Below are positions 53,484 to 63,316 of a stretch of DNA of 64,000 bases, piece by piece. The stretch is from an uncultured Planctomycetota bacterium. GTDB taxonomy: Bacteria > Planctomycetota > Planctomycetia > Isosphaerales > Isosphaeraceae. Below the pieces are notes generated by a model that was given only the letters and a program-made list of their open reading frames with translations, did no database searches and was not told the origin of the DNA. Made by a program: the position numbers and the translations under genes. The stretch is taken from the NCBI GenBank assembly GCA_963823665.1, contig CAWGMQ010000003.1, positions 1,024,001 to 1,088,000 of the forward strand, written 5' to 3'. The first letter of the stretch is position 1; every line of letters starts with the position of its first letter.

Positions 53484-55617
53484 CTACTCCGGCTCAAACT
53501 CATCGAGCGGAATAGCCCGCCGGCCCTGTGTCCCCCGCGGAGTTCCAGACTTCGGTGGCCCGCCCTGCCCCGGGGTGCGCGGGGCTTGTGGTATCAGCTC
53601 GTCGATCGTGACATCCCAGGTCACGTGGCCGATCGCGATCTTGGCGGTCTTCTTGCGCTGATCCAGCTTGATGACCCGCCCAGGACGGTCATACCCGAGC
53701 CGCGGCACCACGACCTGGTCGCCGACCTGAAGCAGGGCGCGGGCGTCGGCGAGGCCGACACTGCGCTGCGCCTCCTCATGCAACTGGGCCAGGCGCTGGG
53801 CCAGGACCTCGCGAATCCGTTCCGTCTCGGCCTGCGCTTCGACGGCCGACTGGCGAGCGGCCGCGGCTTCCTTGCGCAGCTTCTCGAGGGCTTCCCAGTC
53901 GGCAGCGCCGCGGTTCTGGCGGTCGGCCAGATACGACTCGGCCCGCTCGACCACGGCGGCAGGCAGCCGCAACTGCCGTGCGATTTTCAATGCTTTGGAT
54001 TGGCCGACGTCGCCGACGTGCAGGCGATACCGGGGCTCGAGCGTCTCGTCGTCGAACTCGACGGCGGCGTTTTCGGCGTCGGGATTCGAGAAGGCATAGG
54101 TTTTCAAATCGCCGATGTGGGTCGTCACGATCGCCTGGCAACCAATGCGGCAGAGCTCGTCGAGGATCGCCCGGCCCAGGGCTGCGCCGTCGGTCGGGTC
54201 GGTGCCGGCACCCAGCTCATCCAGCAGAACCAGCGATTCCGCGGTCGCCTTGCCCAGGATTTCGCTGATCCTCCGCACGTGAGACGAGAACGTCGAGAGC
54301 GACTGTTCCAGGCTCTGCTCATCGCCGATATCGGCGAGCACGTCGTCGAAGATGGGGAACTGCGAGCCCTCGCCGGCCGGGACGTGCAGGCCGGATTGCG
54401 CCATCAAGGCGAGCAGGCCGACTGTTTTCAAGGCAACCGTTTTGCCGCCGGTGTTGGGCCCGGTCACGACCAGGATTTCGAAAGCGGACGCCGAGACTCA
54501 GGTCGATCGGCACCACTTTCCGCTCGGCTGCGGGTTCGGAGCTGGGCGGCACACTCCCGGCCGAGCCTGCACTGGACGAGTCAGGGGGAGTTCCGAGGGC
54601 TGCATCCGGCGACGACGCTGGCGCCGTGGCCGAGACTGGCTCGACCGGCACTGGCGTCTTCACGGCGGGGTCGCCGCGGAAATACGCCTCGAGCAACGGG
54701 TGCCTGGCGCCGCGGAGGACGAGTCGGACTTCCTGGTTGAACTGGGGAGCCGACATCTTGTAGTCGAGGCTCAGGCTTCCCCGCGCGAAGATCAGGTCGA
54801 GATCGGCCATGGTTTCGAGCGTGGGCAGCAGGGATTCCGCGACCTGGGCGACCAGCGCGGAGAGCCACCGGAGGATCCGGCGAACCTCCTTGGATTCCCG
54901 CGCGCGCAGGAACGCGAGCTGGGCCGACTTCTCGCCCACGGCGGCGGGCTCGATGTAGACGGTCTCGTTGCTCGAGCTGGTGCGCAGGACCGAGCCTTGA
55001 ATCTCACCTCGCTTGTCTTTGGCGACAGGCAGCACGTAGTGATCGCCCACGGTCGAGTAATTGGGGAAGCGGAGAATCCTTTTGATCTCGGGCGAGCGGA
55101 GCATCTGACGGAGCGTCTCCTGAATTCGCTCTTTCAGGCGGCCGATCTCGCGGCGCAAGGCCGAGAGTCGCCGGCTTGCCGTGTCGAGGACGGTGCCGCG
55201 ACTATCAAGGCACCCCTCGATCGCGGAGGCGACGCCGGAGAACTCTCCGACACCGGCGCGCAGACCCCCGAGACGGGGAAACTGATTGCCGGCGAGCGCG
55301 AGCCACCGGTCGAGATTGCCGATGGACCGAAGCGTCTCGACCGTTTCGGCCAGTGCTTCCGGCTCGAGTACGCCTCCGACCTGGCAGCGCGCGACGTGAT
55401 GGCGAATGTCATGCAGACCGCCGAACGGGGGACGTAGGCCGGCGGCGAGTGCCTCGACCATCTCGGTGGTCAGTGCCTGGGCGGTGTGAATCTCGCCGGG
55501 ATCGCGGCCTGGCTGCATGGTCGCGGCTCGGGCCTTGCCGAGCGAGCAGGCAGCGCGGGCCGCCACGAGCGCTTTGATCCTGTCGAAATCGAGCAGCTCG
55601 AGCGTATGGGAGTCCAT
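53484..55617 (-). CDS. mutS2: MutS2 family ATPase without Smr domain (frameshift ~54480)
   Basis: MDSHTLELLDF, SSSNETVYIEP, ARHPLL, TGPNTGGKT, DIGDEQSLEQSLSTFSSH, LLDELGAGTDP, TTH; ends after a KOW-like GDQVVVPRLG domain. Confidence 0.93.
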
Positions 55618-55625
55618 CTTCGAGC

Positions 55626-56372
55626 TCAATTCGGACCGATGGCTGCCTTGGCCGCGGCCTTCTGACCCAAGGACGATCCAGCAGGTTCGGCAGTCGCCTC
55701 AGGTTTCGGGAGAAGCGCTTGCAGCTCGCGCCTCCAATCGGCCGGATCGATTCCGTAGTCTTTGCCGGTAATCGTTCGCAGAGATTCCAGGCACTGATAA
55801 CGGATCGCCGGGTCGTCAGGGTGGTCCATGCCGTCGATCAGGATCTGCAAGATGCGCGGTTCGCGGGATTTCAGGCTGCCAATCGACTCGATGGCCGCGA
55901 TGCGGCAGTCCTCGAGCCGGTCGATCGTCATGAGCCTGGCGAGGGTGGTGGCATCTTCGGGGGTTCCGACTTTCCCGAGCGCGCGACAGGCCTCGACGCG
56001 GATCACCGCGTTGTCGGTGTCGGCGATTCCGCGGAGGATGGCTTCGCGAGCGCGGCGATCACCCAGGTTTCCGAGGCTGCGGGTGATGACTGCCCGGATC
56101 GCGATCGGCTCTCGACCCTCGTCGAGCTTGGCGATCATGATCTTCACGGCCTCATCCTTCTGCGCCTGGTCTTCGTAGATCGACGGTGCTCCGAGCTTGG
56201 CATAGGCAATGTATCGAATGTTGGGGTCGGGGTTCTCGCGCGCCTGGCGCACGAAGCTCTTGTAAGTGGTGCCGATATACGGGGTGCAAGCGCCACAGTG
56301 CGCAAGGGTGAGGCATGCCACGAAGAGAACGACTCGTAGCCGCGGCGATCTGGAGACCGACTCGCCATCCAT
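55626..56372 (-). CDS. HEAT repeat (lipo)protein
   Basis: Hydrophobic leader with Cys (LAHCGAC); VIRVEACRALGKVG, CRIAAIESIG, SLRTITGKDYG.DP..W. Confidence 0.85.
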   Translation of the reverse strand: MDGESVSRSPRLRVVLFVACLTLAHCGACTPYIGTTYKSFVRQARENPDPNIRYIAYAKLGAPSIYEDQAQKDEAVKIMIAKLDEGREPIAIRAVITRSLGNLGDRRAREAILRGIADTDNAVIRVEACRALGKVGTPEDATTLARLMTIDRLEDCRIAAIESIGSLKSREPRILQILIDGMDHPDDPAIRYQCLESLRTITGKDYGIDPADWRRELQALLPKPEATAEPAGSSLGQKAAAKAAIGPN

Positions 56373-56756
56373 GACGGGCTGCCTCGAGGTCTGTGAGGAA
56401 AAACGAAGTCCCCGCAGCACCAGCCAAACCGGGTGACCGCGGGATCGAAGATGCTGCTTGTTACGGCGAAACGGCAGGGAACCGCCGAACGTGCGCAGCG
56501 CCAATGAAATGTCAGCGACGGAAGCGAGCCGTATGTTAGCGAGAACCCCGGAATCCGCCAAGAGCAGGTGAAGGGCTCTCCACGGCCGATCAAACAACCC
56601 GTCGCGACGTCGAAGTCTCGTGGGGCAAGGCTCGGGCGGACCATGCTTGCTCGAGACGCAATGAGTGAAGCTCTCTAATGAAATGTCATTCGCCGCTGAT
56701 TCTTCCCTGACCTGTGAAGCTCGTGATAAGAATCCCTTCGAGCAGAGCGAGCTCTA

Positions 56757-56822
56757 AAAGGGAGGGCAAAAGGAGACAAGCATCCGCGCCTGACGGCCCT
56801 CCAAGCAAGCCTCCTTTTGCCC
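56757..56822 (-). terminator. Long stem-loop, probable minus-strand terminator
   Basis: GGGCAAAAGGAG (56764-56775) pairs perfectly with CTCCTTTTGCCC (56811-56822); followed by TCCCTTTT on the minus strand. Confidence 0.5.
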
Positions 56823-57113
56823 GGACCCTCGGCCTCGCTTCGATCCATCAGAGAGGAACCGGGCATTCCGGGCTTGGGCCCATGAGCCACTGTTCAATGG
56901 CGGAAGCTCTGTAGCCTCGACCGTTAGTCATCACGGTCAAGAGCAAGATGCCGCCGCGTTAGATCAGAGGTCAGAGCCGAACCGGAACTCTACCGGTTGC
57001 TTCCTTTCTTGACTCGTTACCGAAACCTCTCGAGGCACTTCTTTGAACGGGGGCGCCGGAATCCACTTCGCGGCGCTAGATTCAGTGAATGCTCACCGGT
57101 GATTGGCGAGCGC
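56823..57113 (-). ncRNA. Candidate structured RNA / long structured 3' UTR
   Basis: At least five consecutive hairpins; three have G.U pairs that form only on the minus strand; no convincing ORF. Confidence 0.35.
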
Positions 57114-57206
57114 TCACTTACCCTTCTTGGGAGCAGCCTTCTTGGGTGCGGCCTTCTTGGGTGCGGCCTTGCTGCTCTTCTTGGTCTCAGCTTTCTTGAC
57201 AGCCAT
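57114..57206 (-). CDS. 30-aa Lys/Ala/Pro-rich basic peptide MAVKKAETKKSSKAAPKKAAPKKAAPKKGK (histone H1 tail-like)
   Basis: Read by hand: GAGGAG RBS 6 nt before ATG 57206, nearly all Lys as AAG, synonymous variation among KAAPK repeats, TGA at 57116-57114. Below the ORF-track size cutoff. Confidence 0.8.
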   Translation of the reverse strand: MAVKKAETKKSSKAAPKKAAPKKAAPKKGK

Positions 57207-57816
57207 TTCTGTCTCCTCGTTGCAAGACATACTTGTTTGAACCCGACCGGCATCAATCGACCGGTCCCTGCGCCAATTCATACCAAATCTTTCAACATTT
57301 GGAAGACGAAGTTTCCAAGAAATGGTCTTTTTTTTTGAAGATCAGATAGAATTCGATGTGCTTTCGCTCATGGAATCCATAAACACTCTTACTTGCATAT
57401 ACGTCACATCGAGCTACTCATGGTTACACATGCTTTGTCTTATGCATCTCGAGTCCCTTTTTTTCAAGGGTCTCTGCGATGTAGGCATCATGATGCGAGG
57501 GTGCTTTCCGCGCAGCGATCGTCGGGCTGAGCGAGCGCGACTCGCCGGCTTGTCTCGACCAAAAAAATTTCGAAAAAAAATTTCGAAAATCGCCCAGCGC
57601 GCCTCCGAGTGAGGGGAGTCGCGTGTCGCTCCTGCCCGTTTGCGCGGCGGTGCGCTGTCGCGCGTCCGTTCGAGAGGCTCTTCGCCGTACGACCGAGACT
57701 TCAGTCGCGAGCGAGTGAGTGGTGCGACAAAACCGCGCTGCCGCGCGGCGAGAGACTCGAGCCGCGGCGGCCGCCGGCTTACTGCGCACGGGACGCTTCG
57801 ATCGGCGAGACTCGAC

Positions 57817-57863
57817 TTGCAAGGCACATCCTGTTACGACAGAATCTCTGAACAAAGTAACAG
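57817..57863 (+). promoter_or_regulatory. Putative sigma70 promoter of ruvAB with overlapping inverted repeat
   Basis: TTGCAA-17 nt-CAGAAT (57817-57845); CTGTTAC (57831-57837)/GTAACAG (57857-57863). Confidence 0.35.
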
Positions 57864-57903
57864 AGCATCATTCCTACGCGCTCGCGAAAGGAGGGTCGCC
57901 ATC

Positions 57904-58554
57904 ATGCTCACGCGAATTCGCGGCACTCTGCAGTCGGTCTCGAATGAGGCGGCCACTCTGGTGATCGAGCCGTTTGAGATCGAGGTCTTGATCAGCGAGC
58001 ACACCCGGCGCACGATCCAGACCAAGCTGGGCGAATCGATCTCGTTCCACACCATCTTCTACATCGAAGGCGGATCGATGGTGAGCCGGCTGGTGCCGCG
58101 CGTGGTCGGCTTCCTCTCGCCGATCGACCGGGAGTTCTTCGACATTTTCTGCTCGGTTGACGGCGTCGGCGTGCGCAAGGCGCTGCGGGCGATGGTGCGG
58201 CCGGTCCGCGAAATCGCCCGCACGATCGAAGAGCAGGACGTCAAAGAGCTCGCGACCTTTCCCGGCATCGGCGAAGCAACCGCCGAGCGAATCGTCGCCA
58301 AGCTGCGGCGCAAGGTCGGCAAGTTTGCTTTGATCGTGAGCGGGCAGCCCGGCGAGGGTGCGGCCTCTGCCGAAGCCAACGGCACACCGGAAAGCGCCGC
58401 GGCCGACGTGATCCGCGACACGTACGCCGCTCTGCTTTCGGTCGGACATTCCGACAGCCAGGCGCGCGAAGCGATCGACCGGGTGCTGTCCGCCAAGAAG
58501 AAATTCAAGTCAGTGGCCGATATGATAGAAGCGATCTATCAGCAAAGTCGATAG
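57904..58554 (+). CDS. ruvA: Holliday junction branch migration protein RuvA
   Basis: MLTRIRGTL, SVDGVGVRKAL, FPGIGEATAERIVAKLR, AALLSVGH; GGAGG RBS; precedes ruvB. Confidence 0.92.
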   Translation: MLTRIRGTLQSVSNEAATLVIEPFEIEVLISEHTRRTIQTKLGESISFHTIFYIEGGSMVSRLVPRVVGFLSPIDREFFDIFCSVDGVGVRKALRAMVRPVREIARTIEEQDVKELATFPGIGEATAERIVAKLRRKVGKFALIVSGQPGEGAASAEANGTPESAAADVIRDTYAALLSVGHSDSQAREAIDRVLSAKKKFKSVADMIEAIYQQSR

Positions 58555-58643
58555 CAAACGCTCGCTCGGGATGGCCTTGAGGCGAGACCGGCGCGAGGTG
58601 TCTTCGCCCGATCTCGCATGCCCGACACGGAGGAGGACCAACG

Positions 58644-59733
58644 ATGCGCAAGACGACGATCCAGGGGGCGCCACGAGACGATGAACCGGCTCCTCAGAGA
58701 AGACTCGCCGAGCCGCGACCAGCGGACCCCGTCGATGAGAAGCTTCGCCCGCAGCGGCTCTCGGAAGTGATCGGGCAGCGGGCCGTCGCCGAGCGGCTCG
58801 AGATCAGCCTGGCGGCCGCGCGGAAGCGGGGCGAGCCGCTGCCGCACATCCTCTTCGACGGTCCGCCCGGCCTGGGCAAGACCACGTTCGCGATGGTGCT
58901 GCACAATGAGCTGGGCGTCGAGCTGAACATCACGAGCGGTGCGGCGCTCGACAAGAAGATGGACGTCATGCCCTTCCTGACCAACGCGGCGGAGGGCTCG
59001 ATCCTCTTCATCGACGAGATCCATCGCCTTCCCCGCGCCGTCGAGGAATTCATCTACCCGGTGATGGAAGACTTCCGGGTCGACGTCGTGCTGGGCGAAG
59101 GGATGTCGGCACGGACCATCAGCCTGCCTCTCAAGAAGTTCACGATCATCGGGGCAACGACCCGCAGCGGCATGCTCTCGGGGCCGCTCCGCGAGCGCTT
59201 CGGCATGCACGAGCACCTGGAGTTCTACGACGTCGACGACCTCACCCGGATCATCACGATCAACGCCGCCAAGCTCCGCTCGAGCATCGCCCCCGACGCC
59301 GCGAGAGAGCTGGCGGCGCGCAGCCGGGGCACACCCCGCATCGCCAATGCCCGCCTGCGCTGGGTGCGCGACTACGCGCTGGCGCGCGCCGACGGTGCAA
59401 TCGATCTGGCGGTCGCGCGGGATGCGCTCGCAGATGCAGGAGATCGACGCCGAGGGGCTCGACAAGCAAGACCGGCGCTACCTCGAGACGCTCGTGCGGG
59501 TCTTCGCGGGAGGGCCGACCGGCGTCGAGGCCCTGGCCGCCACCATGAACGTCGCTGTCGACACCTTGAGAGATGAGGTCGAGCCATACCTGCTGCGCCG
59601 CGAATTCCTGGTGCGGTCTCCCCGCGGCCGGCAGGTCACGGCGGCGGCGTACGCGCATTTGAACCTACCCGTCCCCCCGCCGGAACCGGACGACCTGCCG
59701 ATGTTTGATTCCCAGAGGCGGTTGTTTGATTGA
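58644..59733 (+). CDS. ruvB: Holliday junction helicase RuvB (frameshift ~59430)
   Basis: [58 protein letters not shown] lie in ORF 59347..59733. Confidence 0.96.
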
Positions 59734-59736
59734 ACG

Positions 59737-60764
59737 CTATCGCTCGCAAAGCGGGCGACATGCTCGCATCAGGCGGTCGCGTACGGCTTGCCATTCGGGT
59801 GCGTCGGCTGGAAGGACCACCACAATTGCGCGTCTGGCGAGCGCATCGCACCGGTGCAACACATCGTAAAGCGATTTCGCGGCGCTTTCGGGAGTGTCCA
59901 GCACGTATTCGGCCGATCCCGTCAAAGCGCCGGCGCCTGAGTGCTTGCCGATCACGATCAGGGCGAGTGCTTCGGATTGGTTCACACCCTCGAGCTCGTC
60001 GACCGAGGCGACGTAATACGCGGGCGTCCGGGGGGCGTAATGGACGGGCATCTGGCCTGGGCTCATCGGGAGTGCCGCGTGCGCGCCCGTGGCCTGGTCG
60101 AGGACCGCACGGCCGGCGAGTGCCGCTTCGAGCTCGGCCCGCGTGATCGGGCCGGGGCGAAGGATCCGCGGGGAGAGGCCGGTCAGGTCGAGGACGGTCG
60201 ACTCAAGCCCGACGGTCGTCGGTCCGCTATCGATGACCAGGTCGATCCGGTTTTCGAGATCGGCCAGCACGTGCTCGGCCCGGGTCGGCTGAGATCCTGT
60301 TCGACCGATTCGCGCTGGGAGCGGCGATGGGCTGGCCCACCCGCTCGATCAAGCCCCGAGGCGACGGCCCCGCGGGGAGACCGCAATGCGACGGTCTGTA
60401 GCCCGGCCGTCACGACGTCGGGAATGATCGGCGTTGCGACGAAGGACGAGCGTGAGCGGGCCCGGCCAGAAGTGCTCGCCGAGCCGCTGAGCATCGGCCG
60501 GCCAGTCCATGGCGCACGCTCGCGCATCGGGAATGCCGGCGACGTGCACGATGAGCGGGTTGACTGGCCGGCCGCCCCTTCGCGGCGAAGATCCGCGCAA
60601 CCGCAGCGGGCTCGGGTGGCGATGGCCCCCAGGCCGTAGACCGTCTCGGTCGCGAAGGCGACCAGCCCGCCGCGCGACAAAACTTGAGCGGCAAGGTCGA
60701 GCGCGGCGGGATCCGGATGCGTGGGGTCGACTGCGATCACGCGCGTAGCCGGCTTGCGTGACAC
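59737..60764 (-). CDS. sua5: Threonylcarbamoyl-AMP synthase, Sua5 type (several frameshifts 60290-60610)
   Basis: GGLVAFATETVYGLG, IFAAKGRP, NPLIVHV, FWPGPLTLVL, VTAGLQTVALR, GLESTVLDL, ILRPG, SPGQMPVHYAP, spread across frames. Confidence 0.9.
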
Positions 60765-60770
60765 GAGAGA

Positions 60771-61918
60771 TCAACCCTTCGGTTTCAGAATGACGATCGC
60801 GCACGCCTGGGTGCTTGTCCGTCTGTTGCAGCCGCTTCTCATACTCAAGCCGGATCGACTCGTAAAGGGCGGGAAGTTGATCGTACAACCGCCGGAGCGG
60901 GCGCGGGGCGTGGCGGGCGCGGGCGTAGGCGGTCAGGAGCGGCAGAGCGATGGTCGAGTCGGTGTAGCAGGTGACCGAGTCGGGCAAGGTGTCGGGATCG
61001 ACCTTGCCCCAGGTCATCGCCTCGCTGGCCGTGGCGCCTGAGAGGCCGCCGGTGTCGGGCCGGGCGTCGGTGACCTGAAGAAAGTAGTCGTGGCCACTTT
61101 CGCGAGAGCCCGAGCACTTCCTGGATCTGCGGCTCGGTCTGGAGGATGAAGTTCTTGGGGCTGCCACCGCCCAGGATGAGCACGCGCCGACTTGCCGCCG
61201 CTCGCGCTTGGCGTCATAGACGATGGCGGCGGTTTCGTTGACGTCGCGAAGCGTATCGATCTGGAGCTTTCCGCCGTGCAGGCTCGAGGCCGCGAGGTTC
61301 ATGCCGATCGAGCTGTCGCCGGGGCTCGACGTGTAGATCGGCACGCCGGCCTCGTAGGCCGCGGCCAGCAGGCTGCTGGAAGGCCGACCCAGCTGTCTGA
61401 TCACGGCCGTGAAGGTATCGCCCGACCTGGTGATGGAACTCGGCGGTGCCCATCGGCCGGGCGAAGACTTCGTCGCGGATCAGCTCGCGGTAGAAGGAGT
61501 CGGTGTCGAGCAGGGTCTTGTAGTCGAAGACGATGTCGTAGATGCGGATGACGTCGTTTTGCCGCAACGCGAGATCGTCGAGGTTCGGGCGGCTCTGGTG
61601 CAGAGGCAGGTCGAGCGCGAAGTGGGTGTCGTGGTAGAGGTTGGCTCCGGTCGAGACGATCCAGTCGACGAATCCGGACTGGATGAGCGGGATCAAGCAG
61701 CTCATCCCGAGTCCGGCGGGGGTGAGCGCGCCCGAGAGCGTCAGCCCGACGGTGCAGTCCGGCTCGAGGAACTTGCGGGTGAAGACGGTGCAAAGCTCGC
61801 GGAGCCTGCCCGCGTTATACGCCGAGAAGGCGTGGTCGATCAGGTCCGCGACGGTCTCGGCTCCGCTCACTTCGCGCGGAGCGATACGATGCACGCTGAT
61901 GCTCTCGAGGTAGCCCAT
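60771..61918 (-). CDS. Deoxyhypusine synthase-like protein (putative homospermidine biosynthesis; frameshifts; 3' end approximate)
   Basis: [69 protein letters not shown]. Confidence 0.88.
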
Positions 61919-61965
61919 ATGTTGCTCGTTCTCGGCACTGGGCGTGCGGGTATTTCGTGTTCAGT

Positions 61966-62511
61966 TCAAGCGAGAAGAATCGCCGCGGCCACGACGGTGG
62001 ACCAGAGACCGTCTTTGTGGCCGACCGCGGTCTGGGTGACCTCCTTCGTCTTGTAGAAGACGTCGGCGATCTTCCAGATCTCGCGCTTTTCATCCCAGGA
62101 GCTGTCGGGGTTGAATTCGACTCCCAGAACGGTGGCGAGCATCTCGGCGGCGAGGTCTTCGGCGTAGTCGGCGGCGGCCTTGGCCGTCTGGCCGTAGGCG
62201 TGATGTTCCGACAGGTAGCCGAACAAGGTGCGATCACGCGGAATCGCCACGCCCACGCTGGCGGCGACCAGGCGATTGGGCTCGGCGGTGGCGTTCTCGC
62301 TCATGACGACGTGAACGATCTGACCGGGCTGAAGCTGTTTGAGGCCTTCGTCGATCGAGATCTCCTTGCAATTGGGCGGGAAGATGCTCGAAACGCGAAC
62401 GAGGTTGTAACAAGCGATGCGAGCGTCGCGAAGAGCCATCTCGAAGCTGGAGAGCTTTTCGCGATGAGTGCCCACACCCTTGGTGAAGAACAGTTTTGTG
62501 GGTACGTACAT
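61966..62511 (-). CDS. pdaD: Pyruvoyl-dependent arginine decarboxylase
   Basis: [27 protein letters not shown] self-cleavage site, [32 protein letters not shown]. Confidence 0.93.
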   Translation of the reverse strand: MYVPTKLFFTKGVGTHREKLSSFEMALRDARIACYNLVRVSSIFPPNCKEISIDEGLKQLQPGQIVHVVMSENATAEPNRLVAASVGVAIPRDRTLFGYLSEHHAYGQTAKAAADYAEDLAAEMLATVLGVEFNPDSSWDEKREIWKIADVFYKTKEVTQTAVGHKDGLWSTVVAAAILLA

Positions 62512-63316
62512 CTTTGGCGTGCCACCTCCCGCACCGGCCGAATGAAACGATCGTGCCGGAACAAGTTCCCTAATCGGATTCAGCCCCGCGGCGCCCCCGC
62601 GCACCGCCCATATGACAGGTAGAATTATTATGGGATTGGAGGCCGCGCTTCAAGGGCATCCGTCGACAAGAATCGAAGTCCGGAATACCGGAACGACCCG
62701 GAATGCGCTCACCGATCGGGAACGATCCGGCGAACTCAACCCTCGATCTTTCAGGAAAATAAGAGATCCCATGTGGATCTGTTCGATGTACGGCGCGACA
62801 ATCTCAGGTTTCGCAAGGGCAAGAGAGGCTTGAGGGCTACGACCGCGCGAACTCGACAACTCAAGAAGATTGCCACCCTGCTGAGCGCGTTCGCGGGGAC
62901 ACAGGCGCTTTCAGCGCGGCGATGTGCTGGCAGAAATTGGCCGGGTTCCCCGCAAGAAATTCCACGGCACGTCGGCAGGCGAATCGCGCGGGAAGTGAGA
63001 GGCGGAAAGGCGGACGTGCGAGGATCCGATGTCAGATGCGTGCTTGATGGCATGCAGACGTACGCCCGGCCCGTGCTGGCCAGGTGTTGTCTCCTAGCCG
63101 CCAGCCGCCCTATATATAGAAGGAGGGATCTGACCGAAGCGCGCGGATCGTGACGAGTGCAAGCTTACAGCGAGTGGGTTACAGGAGCGCAGCGCACGGA
63201 ACCACACATTGAACACCCGCTGAGCAACGCGCCGGTGGCGGGTATCGTCCAACCGGGGCTTTTCAAGGTCCACGCGTGCGACGAAGCCGGGGCACGCCCG
63301 GCGATTGATCGCGCTA

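Noticed and set aside
52293..54233. mutS2 duplicate as a DGR TR/VR pair
   Set aside because: Too long, substitutions involve all bases and are often synonymous, and no RT is nearby.
57000..57080. tmRNA 5' end (GGGGGCG...) or SRP loop (AAGGAAGCA) look-alikes
   Set aside because: No tmRNA T-arm/CCA end, and no complete SRP helix-8 context.
57280..57600. Replication origin or dif site
   Set aside because: No TTATCCACA-type DnaA box cluster or XerC/D consensus seen.
60349..61404. DHS-Sua5 fusion protein
   Set aside because: The apparent fusion arises from frameshifts; Sua5 has its own GTG start at 60764.
62520..63310. Genes or a riboswitch upstream of pdaD
   Set aside because: Only short motif-free ORFs and no recognisable aptamer consensus; an Rfam search would be needed to exclude fully.
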